From Ascoidea asiatica JCM 7603 (lineage: Eukaryota > Fungi > Ascomycota), in NCBI GenBank assembly GCA_001600695.1, contig BCKQ01000005.1, forward strand, positions 1,045,820 through 1,109,819: a stretch of DNA of 64,000 bases. Direction: 5' to 3'. The position numbers and the translations under genes were made by a program. This document shows positions 1 to 12,100 of the stretch, in pieces. Each line of letters begins with the position of its first letter. The first letter of the stretch is position 1. Below the pieces are notes generated by a model. That model saw nothing but the letters and a program-made list of their open reading frames with translations. It ran no database searches and had not been told where the DNA came from.

Positions 1-437
1 TTTCTTCAGGGCCACACTTTTTACTGTGAATTCTGGATATTTCAAAACGTGACCATAATATGATGTCAAGACTGCTTTTTATGGAGCTCCCCTGAAAATC
101 GAAAGCTTCAGCCCAGTCTTACTTTAAACCCCTAGTATTATTCTCGTGATCATATAGGGCTCTTGAAATGAAATTCTAAAATTTAGATTCAAGCTTTTCA
201 TTTTTTTGATTTATCCTAAACCTTAAAAGGTTTTAAACAATAGACCATTCAATATCAGTAATTATTTTATTTTACTACTTTCATTTCCTAAGTTCGATAA
301 TTCAGTAATTGCGGGCCATTGATATATAGAATATAGAGTATGAAATATATATATATATATATATATATATCTATTTATCTAAAAATTCCAGTAAAAATTT
401 ATAGTTCAAAAATAAATTAAATATCAATGACAAAAAA

Positions 438-1925
438 CTATTGATGATCAAAATCATATATTGTACTATAATTCCTATTCCAACATATCATTAACATATC
501 CAAAGAATTATAGTTATTATCGTTTAACATTTGCTTTAAGTTATTTGAATTATCTGTACTTTCGTTATTTCCAATTTTATAAGCTGATGAATATTTTTTA
601 TTATCAAGTTTTAGTATATCAAGATAATTATTATAAGATCTTAAATTTAATTCTGATAAAGCACAAAAAGAACAAAGTAATCTACCAGTTATTCTCAATT
701 CCAAAAGATCATCTAATGAGTTAATAATAATTTCCTTATCAACAATAATATTATTTGAGTTTTCGTTCTTGTCATTTTTATCATTTTTCTCATTCTCAAT
801 ATTCTCTGAATTATTTCTTTTATGATTAGAACTGTTCAATAAAACTTTTTTCAATAACTTGATTGATTGAAATTCGCTTACTTCTAAATTATTCATTTCT
901 TTATTTAATTTGATTAAATTATTGAAATAATACTCGGATTTATCATAATCACCTTGGATTAAAGAAATTAAAGTTGCCATTAAAGAATAATTTGAATAAA
1001 ATTCAATTTCATAATTGGAAAATGATTCTTTTTCAATTTGTTTTTTTTCTTTTGTCTTTTTGATTTTTTTTGATTTTAATTGAATATTATTTAAAATTGA
1101 ATCAGCCAAGGATAAAAAAGTTAAATAATCTCTTTTTGATATAACATTTGCAGAAATAATATATGAACAAATTTGAATAGTTAAATTAAGTTTTGTAATA
1201 GTTTCTGAATCTGAGTTTAATTTATTAAGGAAGTATTCATTCTTGATATCCGATCTTAAAGACCAAATTATATCATACATTAATTTAACTGTATTATAAC
1301 TTGGATGCAGAGCCTTTAATTCAATTATTAATAACTTCAATGATAATGGCAAATTTACAATATTTTCTGATAAATTTTTAGAATTGAGAGTAATAAAGCT
1401 ATTAAGTGAAGGTAAAATTGCAAAAAATCTAATTGATTCTTCTTTTGAAGCTTGTTTAAATTGAGAATTATTTGATAAAAATAATATAGATAATCTAATT
1501 TCCCAAATTTCTAAAATTTTTAATTCATATTTTTTAGTTAAAAGACTCCTTTGCATTAAAAAATTATCATATAATAATCTTAAATAACTTTTTATTAAAG
1601 ACAATAAATTTGAATATGCAATAGCTGATTGAAATGAATTTGAAGAATTTGCAATATAAAGTAAATATTTAAATTTTTTCTCATAATTATTGATTTCATT
1701 ATCTAATGATGATAAGAGTTCGGATTTATTATCTTTATCATTTTTTATTTCAGATTTATTTTCCAGTAATAAATCATTAGGAAATTTTATTTTTTTTTCA
1801 GATAAGGGTAAAAGTACTAATAATTTAGGATCTATTAATGAGAAAAATGGAGAATTTAAATTATTCTTTGGTGGAGCATCAGGTGGTACTGAACCTTCTC
1901 TTGGTGGTTGATGGACAGTTTGCAT
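438..1925 (-). CDS. Uncharacterised helical protein, possibly TRAPPC12/TTC15-like
   Basis: Open 495-aa ORF with ATG. The segment ILEIWEIRLSILF...QASKEE...NLPLSLKLLIIELKAL resembles the recalled TRAPPC12 motif (LWxxRLxLL...P(F/L)S(M/L)RxLxAEL). A TPR-like element SLIQGDYDKSEYYF follows. The ORF is secure; the family is tentative. Confidence 0.45.
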   Translation of the reverse strand: MQTVHQPPREGSVPPDAPPKNNLNSPFFSLIDPKLLVLLPLSEKKIKFPNDLLLENKSEIKNDKDNKSELLSSLDNEINNYEKKFKYLLYIANSSNSFQSAIAYSNLLSLIKSYLRLLYDNFLMQRSLLTKKYELKILEIWEIRLSILFLSNNSQFKQASKEESIRFFAILPSLNSFITLNSKNLSENIVNLPLSLKLLIIELKALHPSYNTVKLMYDIIWSLRSDIKNEYFLNKLNSDSETITKLNLTIQICSYIISANVISKRDYLTFLSLADSILNNIQLKSKKIKKTKEKKQIEKESFSNYEIEFYSNYSLMATLISLIQGDYDKSEYYFNNLIKLNKEMNNLEVSEFQSIKLLKKVLLNSSNHKRNNSENIENEKNDKNDKNENSNNIIVDKEIIINSLDDLLELRITGRLLCSFCALSELNLRSYNNYLDILKLDNKKYSSAYKIGNNESTDNSNNLKQMLNDNNYNSLDMLMICWNRNYSTIYDFDHQ

Positions 1926-2843
1926 TTATACAATTGCGTATATTATTTAATAGTTTCAACTTGAAAAGGAATGAAGAAACATTAAAAGAGAAAGCACTAT
2001 CTAGTTTTATTTGATTATTCTTATCAATAATTGTAGCTTCAATAATTCTAGTGGAAGATGATCAAATATTTAAAGTACAACAAACAATACCGGCAATGGA
2101 ACTGAATCGGTTGAACCTTTCCCGCTCCGCCATTATGTCACGTGTCAACTGAGAAATATAAAGAAATGAATACCAAGAAATAAAGCTTTATTTTTATTAT
2201 TATTATTAATTATAAATATTTTAGAATATTTATTATCTATACACAATTAAACATTAAAACAATTTGTTGGAATTCTTTTTTCTTTTTTTTTTTGCTTCTT
2301 TAACTTTGGTTTACTGAAACAAAGGTGTTTTTATTAATTTTTAAATACCTGTAATGCCAAACAAAAAGAAAAACAATAATATAAATCAATAACAAAATTA
2401 ATAACAAAATAAAATAAAATAAAATGAAAATGAAAATAAAAATAAATTCCAATAATACAACTACTAATTTAATATCAAAATCAACAATAAAACCCCTTTG
2501 TATTGAAGACTAAATATAAATAACTATAACATATTGAAACAAAAAAAAATAAGTTATGAAATTTAACATTTATGATAATGTGATATGGTGAAAATACAAT
2601 TATGACAACAATATTTGAATAAAAGTTTCTTTTTTTTTTTTTTTTGACTGAATACTTATGATAATCTTGACAACATTATTTACTATATTTATGACAATTG
2701 AAATGACAATTGAAATGACAATTGCAATAGAAATAATGAAAAACCAACATAAAAAAAACATGTCATTTTTTATTATATATGAACAAAATGTCTTTTATTT
2801 AATTTTTCTTGATTGTCCTTATTTTATATTTCTTTTTTTCTAT

Positions 2844-5193
<2,350 letters not shown>

Positions 5194-5400
5194 TGTTAAA
5201 GGATGATTCAGAAGAGTTTGAGTAAGCAAAAAGGAAACAAAAAAAGGTGTATTTGAAGTATTTGAGTGATGGTGTTATTGTTTCTCAGCTTGTTATTATT
5301 TATTTTTTCTGAATTTCTTGATTTTTGTTTTCTGTTTGTGTTTATTATTTATTGACTGTTGATTGTTGACTGTTGACTGTAGAGCTTTTGTGTTGATTGC

Positions 5401-5449
5401 AGAGCGTAGAGCGTAGAGCGTAGAGCGTAGAGCGTAGGGCGTAGAGTGT
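5401..5449. repeat. 7-bp tandem repeat (AGAGCGT) x5 plus 2 degenerate copies in the FKH/LSM8 divergent promoter
   Basis: Read directly from the sequence. Confidence 0.9.
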
Positions 5450-5706
5450 TGAGTGTTGAGAGTGGTGGTGTGCCAGGCCTTTTTCTCGCACGCTTTCCGG
5501 AAAGTGGCTAGTAAGGAAAGTGGCAACGGTGACCGTGTGGCTTGGGCTGGGTAACTGCTGACTGTTTGCTGCTGGAGAACAGTGAAGAATAGAAAAGAAC
5601 AGAAAAGAACAGAAAAGAAGTTGCCTTTTATTTGCAATATTTACTTGTTGATTTAACACCTTTAAAGCTTTATGTACCCCTCTTATTACTGGAATAGTAG
5701 TATATT

Positions 5707-5760
5707 ACATACAAATATATACAAATATATACAAATATATACAAATATATACAAATATAT
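5707..5760. repeat. 10-bp tandem repeat (ATATACAAAT) x~5
   Basis: Read directly from the sequence. Confidence 0.9.
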
Positions 5761-5928
5761 ATTATATTACTATTCACGTGATGTCAAGAATATGAAGTAA
5801 TAAATCTGAATAAAGATTATTCCTTTTCAACTTGGAAGTAGAAGAAGAAGAATCAGAAGAAGAAGAAATAATAGAAATTGAATAATAACTTAATTAAATC
5901 AATCTTAATTAGACAATGAGACAAAGAT

Positions 5929-6294
5929 ATGTCTTTTTTATTAGAATATAAAGATAAAAAAGTTTGTGTGATAACAACAGATGGTAGATTTTTTACTGGA
6001 ATTTTAAAAGGATATGATTTAAATACAAATTTATTATTAAATGAAACTAAACAAATAATATTAACTGAGAATAATCAAGAAAAAAAAGATATTGACAACG
6101 ACATCGAAGAAGAAGAAGAAGAAGATGATGATGATGAAGATGAAGATGAAAACCAAATCATCAATCTTGGTTTATATTTATTAAGAGGTGATTCTGTAGT
6201 TTGTGTAGGTTTAATAGATTTAGAATTAGAAAAAAAAATAAATTGGTTAAATATAAATGGTAATAAAATTAAATCTACAAAAATTCCATATTAA
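5929..6294 (+). CDS. LSM8: U6 snRNA-associated Sm-like protein Lsm8
   Basis: Sm1 motif (KKVCVITTDGRFFTGILKGYDLNTNLLL) and Sm2 motif (LGLYLLRGDSVVCVGLID), with an acidic insert between them. Confidence 0.85.
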   Translation: MSFLLEYKDKKVCVITTDGRFFTGILKGYDLNTNLLLNETKQIILTENNQEKKDIDNDIEEEEEEDDDDEDEDENQIINLGLYLLRGDSVVCVGLIDLELEKKINWLNINGNKIKSTKIPY

Positions 6295-6322
6295 TTAAAT
6301 TATTAAATTATTAACTTATTAA

Positions 6323-6582
6323 CTAATCATCTAAACCAAGTTTATACATTTCAATAGAAATATCAAATAAATAATCAATTGCTTCATTAATAATTTTTGC
6401 TTTTTTTAAATTTTCTCCCCAAATAAAAATTCCATGTCTTTTAACTAAAATTGCACAAATATTTTTATACTTATACTTACTATCATTTAAAATTTTTTTA
6501 AAATCTTCAATTAATTCTTCTTCATAATTTTTATTATCAATCATTGGTATAATAAATTCTTCATCATTTTTAAAATATTTTA

Positions 6583-6626
<44 letters not shown>

Positions 6627-7213
6627 AATTCTGAATTTGAATATTTTGGTAATGCTTTAATATTTTCAAAATTTTTAATTTTAAAAAAATTTAAATTTTT
6701 TTTTTCTAATATTAAACTCATAATAACTGATTTTTTTGAATGTGTATGAATTATAGAACTTATGTTATTAGAATAATAATGATTATAAATTGTTAAAAAA
6801 ATTGGTGTACATGAACTTGGATTTAAATTAAAATTTAAATTAATTTTAATTAAATTTATATAATTTTTTGAAATTTTAAAATTTAAAATATTTTCATTAT
6901 TAAAATCTTTTAAATATGTATCTTTTAAAATAAAAATTTCATTTAATTTAATTTTTTCTTTTTCAATTCCAGATGGTGTTAAATAAATTTTATTATTTTT
7001 AAAATCTTTTATTGAACATCCACCACCAGTTGATGTACACCAATCTTTTTTATAAAATTCTTTACAAATTAAACATAAATTATTTATATTATTTAAATCA
7101 ATTTTATTTAATTTTTCTTCATTATTATTTATTTGTTTATTTAAAATTTCAAGTAATTTTATTTCTTTTTCATCTTCTTTTTTTTTTTCTTCTTCACTTA
7201 AATAAAATTCCAT
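6323..7213 (-). CDS. MDE1: Methylthioribulose-1-phosphate dehydratase (methionine salvage)
   Basis: Class II aldolase/MtnB motifs WCTSTGGGCSIK, PSGIEKE, PSSCTPIF, IHTHS and LVKRHGIFIWG. The first ATG is at 7213; the track's start at 7297 is a TTG. Confidence 0.9.
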
Positions 7214-7665
7214 TTTTTTTTTTTTTGCTTTCTTCAAATTAATTTTGAATATTATTATTATCTGTACTTGGAAACTAAAAAAAAAGAATATAGTCAATGA
7301 ATATAATACTTATTTTATTATATTAATATAATATCATTTTAAAAAGCAGTAATATATTGGATGAAAGTTTGATGTTGGTTAACTTCTATTAAAGTAACCC
7401 AATTTCTCGAGATTTTAAATAAATATACAGTATATTAACAATTAACAGTTACGAATAAATTGATTGATTGAAAATAAATTAATAAGGTTAAGTTAACAGA
7501 GTTAAATAACTTGCCAAGGCACGTGTATAATGTACCCCCAGCGGTGGTTCTCAATGTCACATGTCTCAGCACCCTCGGATGTTTTCCGAACGCGAAACGC
7601 CAAAAACTGAGAAAAGAGAAGAAGAAGAAGAAGAAGAAGAAGAACCAGAAGAGAGAAGAGAAGAG

Positions 7666-7800
7666 AAGCAGAGGAAGCAGAAGCAGAGGAAGCAGAAGCA
7701 GAGGAAGCAGAAGCAGAGGAAGCAGAAGCAGAGGAAGCAGAAGCAGAGGAAGCAGAAGCAGAGGAAGCAGAAGCAGAGGAAGCAGAAGCAGAGGAAGCAG
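7666..7800 (+). repeat. Perfect 15-bp minisatellite (AAGCAGAGGAAGCAG) x9, preceded by (GAA)n
   Basis: Read directly; lies immediately 5' of PPH3. Confidence 0.95.
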
Positions 7801-7881
7801 AGCGTGAAGAAAAAGAGGCAGAGAAGAGCTGTGGTGGGTGTTGTGGACAGTGTTATTGTTATTGTTATTGTTGTAATTGTA

Positions 7882-8808
7882 ATGTTGGATTTAGATGTGA
7901 TTATAAGTTTATTAAAAGAGTGTAAATATATACCAGAAGATGATGTTCAAGAATTATGTTTTAAAGCTCAAGAATTATTAGTTCAAGAAGGTAATATACA
8001 ATTAATTGATACTCCAGTAATAATTTGTGGTGATATTCATGGTCAATTACATGATTTATTAAATTTATTTAAATTTACTGGTGATTGTCCAAATTCAAAA
8101 TATTTATTCTTAGGAGATTTTGTTGATAGAGGCTTTTATTCTCTTGAAAGTTTTTTATTATTATTAACTTATAAAGTTAGATATCCAGATAGAATTTATT
8201 TAGTTAGAGGTAATCATGAATCAAGACAAATTACTCAAGTTTATGGTTTTTATGATGAATGTATAAGAAAATATGGTTCTGCAAATGTTTGGAGATATTG
8301 TTGTGAAGTTTTTGATTATTTATCACTTTCTGCTTTAGTTACTTCAAATAATAAAAATGGTGTATTTTGTTTACATGGTGGTTTAAGTCCAGAAATTGAA
8401 AATTTAAAACAAATTAAATTAATTGATAGAAAAAAAGAAGTACCTCATGAAGGTCCAATGTGTGATTTATTATGGAGTGATCCTGATGATGTACCAGGTT
8501 GGGGTACATCTCCAAGAGGTGCAGGTTTTTTATTTGGTAAAAATGAAGTTAAAAAATTTTTATATGAAAATAAAATTTCTTTAATTGCTAGAGCTCATCA
8601 ATTAGTTATGGAAGGTTATAAAGAATGGTTTAATGGTGGTTTAGTTACTGTTTGGTCTGCTCCAAATTATTGTTATAGATGTGGTAATGTAGCTGCAGTT
8701 TTAAAAATTGATGATAATTTAAATAGAAATTATCAAATTTTTGAAGCTGCTATACAAGATGCAAATTCAATTCCTTCAAAAAAACCTGTAACTGATTATT
8801 TTCTTTAA
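7882..8808 (+). CDS. PPH3: Ser/Thr protein phosphatase PP4 catalytic subunit (308 aa)
   Basis: Motifs [20 protein letters not shown] and [11 protein letters not shown], with C-terminal DYFL. Homology starts at MLDLD (ATG 7882). Confidence 0.92.
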   Translation: MLDLDVIISLLKECKYIPEDDVQELCFKAQELLVQEGNIQLIDTPVIICGDIHGQLHDLLNLFKFTGDCPNSKYLFLGDFVDRGFYSLESFLLLLTYKVRYPDRIYLVRGNHESRQITQVYGFYDECIRKYGSANVWRYCCEVFDYLSLSALVTSNNKNGVFCLHGGLSPEIENLKQIKLIDRKKEVPHEGPMCDLLWSDPDDVPGWGTSPRGAGFLFGKNEVKKFLYENKISLIARAHQLVMEGYKEWFNGGLVTVWSAPNYCYRCGNVAAVLKIDDNLNRNYQIFEAAIQDANSIPSKKPVTDYFL

Positions 8809-9182
8809 TTTAAAAAAAAATACTACCATTATATTATATTATATTCTATTCTATTCTATTCTATTCTATTCTATCCTCCTCTAATATATTACTGTATCAT
8901 ATCTTATCTATTAAATAAATAATAAATAATAAATAAATAAATAATGAATAATGAATAATAAATAATGAATAAATAATAATTACAGATGGCCAATTTTTCA
9001 AAGTTACCCGGACCTTTTGAAAATTCTGTAAATTATTAACCTTTATTTTATTGACAATACTTTACCGCTACAACATAAACAAACAATTGATATTCACTGA
9101 ATAAAATTAATAATAATAATAATAAATAATAAATAATATATTAATATATTAATATTGAAGAAGGAATATAAACTAATCAATA

Positions 9183-12100
9183 ATGGCATCCAATAATTCC
9201 ATTACTGCTTCAATTCCAGGTCCTGTACCTTCTGATTCTTGGACTTTTAATAATGCAATCTCAATTCTTTCTTCAGATTCAATTAATGATCCTTTTATTT
9301 TATCAAATTTATTAAAATTTATTATATTAAATAAATCAATTTTAATTAATCCTTTTATAATATTAAAAAATTATTCAAAACAAAATACTTATTCAATTTA
9401 TAATAAATTAATTATTTCTTTAAACTCAAATTCAAATACATTAAAATTTAATCAAAGAGGTATAAATTATGAAATTATAAATGATAAAAAAATTTTAATT
9501 GAAATTTTAAAAGATTCTAAAATTTTATCAATTTATTTAAAAATTGATTTTTTAGAAATTTTAAGAATTATAGCTCAATCAAATTTAAAAAATCAAATTT
9601 TAAATTTAAATTTAAATGAAAATAAATTAATTTTAAAAACAAATTCAGAAAATTTTGAAATAAATAAATTAAATCATTTAAAAAAATTAAAATTTTATTT
9701 AAATTTAATTTTTGATAATTTAAATTCAATTTTAAATTTATTAAATTTAATTATTCAAAATTCAATTTATTTATCTAAAATTGATAAAAATTTAAAAAAT
9801 TTTATTCAAAATGATTTATTAAAATTAAATGGTAATTTATTAATTGATAATTTTATTCAAAATTTAAATCTTTTTTTCATAAAATTTATCTCAATCTTAA
9901 ATAAAGAAGATTATGATGATGATTATAATAATAATAATGAAAAAGAAAATGAAAATGAAATCAATGATGAAGATTATAATGAAATTTTATTCTTGAATGA
10001 TAATTTATCCAATTATTATTTAAATGGAATAATTATAACAACTTTTAATTCTTTAAAATCTGTTCTTCAATTATCTTTATTAATTGAATTAAATATTGAT
10101 AATATAATCAATTGGTTTGATTTAATGTATTTATCAAATTTTAATAAAAACTTTCAAATTTCTTTAAAAGATTCAAATAATAATTCTTTAAATATAAATT
10201 CAAATATAATCTTAAATGATAATTTAATATCAATTCAAAATTTAACAGAATTAATATCTTTATTATTTATGGGTTTAAATGTTAATTTATCAAATTCTCA
10301 AAATCATAATTTTATTGATATTGATAGTTTAATATATTTCAATGATCCAAAAAATTTTAAAATTTTAAATGATATTATTTTAACTGATCAAAATTCAAAT
10401 CCAATGATAATTTATTTCTGGTCTACTATTTTACATTTAAAATTATTATCAATAAATTCTTCAACCATTGATAATGATAATCAAATTTTATCAAATGATT
10501 TAATTTTCTTAAAGGAATTTTCTTCTTTAACTACAATCTCCAATACAAATTTTATATTAAATCAAATTAATTCTTTAATTCAAAAATTTGATTCAATAAA
10601 TGGATTTGTTCAAATTCAAAAAAATTTTAATGATTTAAAACATAATAATTTATATGTTGCAATAATTTCTTGTTTTTTAATTTCAATTGTACCATATATT
10701 TCATTCAATCAAAAAAATTCAGCACTTTATTCATCTGTTTTTGAAAAATTATCATTATATTCAATTTCAAATATTCAAAATATTTTAATTTCAAATAAAG
10801 AATCAAGTTATAATAAAAATTCAGCAAAAGCAATTATAAAAGCTAATAAAAATAGTCCAGGTGATTTAATTCTTGAGAATTTCTTTAATAATCATTTCAC
10901 TCAACAGTTAGTAATGTTATTAAAATTAAAATTACCCACTGTTAATGAATCTTTATTGGCTTTTTTGAACTTATGTAATATAAATGGAAGTTTTGCTTTT
11001 GAAAATTTATCTGAATTATCAACATATTTCTATAAATTCAAACCAAATGAAATAAATATAGAATATGATTTAGAAGATCCTGAAAATGATAATGAAACAA
11101 TTGTTTTGAAAGATTCATTAAAAATATCTCCACCTTTTGAGATAGATGAAAAAAGCTTTAGAATTGAATTGAAACCAGGAACTAAAGGTAAAATATTATC
11201 AAACTCAACTATAGAAAATTGGGAATTTATTGTTTTTTATCATGGTTATAATGGATGGAGTTTTTTAGGAAGATTTTTTCAAAATATTTTACTTAAATTA
11301 ATTTATGAACCACATAATAATAGTACCGTTTCTGAAGATGAAAAAGAGTTCATGACAATATTTATCAAATTATTAAAAAATTCATTTAATGGATTATCAC
11401 TGGAAGAATGTAATAAGTTAATCAATTCTTTATCAATTTATTTAAATAAAAAATCATTGTCTTGCAATGATTTAATGGATTTGATCTTGGAATATTTCAA
11501 TTACTCCCTTGGTAAAAAAGATTTAAAAAGCCTTCTGGGTTTGATTGATTTGTTCGATGTACTACTAGCAAATAATGCTAATATCGTTTGGTCTTTCTTG
11601 ATTAAATCAAATCTTTTGAATCTGAATAAATTGGCTTTTGGATCTTCACAAAATTTATCCATCAATACTATAAATAACTCTAACTCTGATAATGGAGATT
11701 TATTGACTAATCATTTAAATTCAATAGAAATTCATAACCAAAATTATGATTTTTCACTAGCTTTAATTAAATTTTTTGATTCTTTGATAGATGAGTGTCT
11801 TTTAATTCAGGAATCAGATGTTGATTTTTTCTCTAATGGTGTTAAGGCTGAAATTTTGTTGAGTTTTACTGATTATTTTATATTCCTTTTTGAAAATTTT
11901 CAATCTTTTGGTTATTCCAAATTCCATCAAAGTTTTGAGATAGGGTCTGGTATTTTAAGCGTATTTCAGAAAATTTTGTTTTCAACTTATAGTGTTAATT
12001 TTAAAAAGAGTCTCAAACAGAGTTTACCAATTAAAACTCTTCTTTTATCTGCTGAAAGGATAATTAAATCATTTTTAATAGTTGAATTTCCAGATTTAAG

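Noticed and set aside
5296-5659. Two overlapping ~110-aa ORFs
   Set aside because: Non-ATG starts, produced by promoter repeats and locally higher GC
7666-7800. CRISPR-like array
   Set aside because: Tandem repeats without spacers, in a eukaryotic context
7511-7807. 98-aa ORF with (SRGSR)n resembling an SR protein
   Set aside because: TTG start; it is an alternate-frame reading of the 15-bp minisatellite, with no RRM
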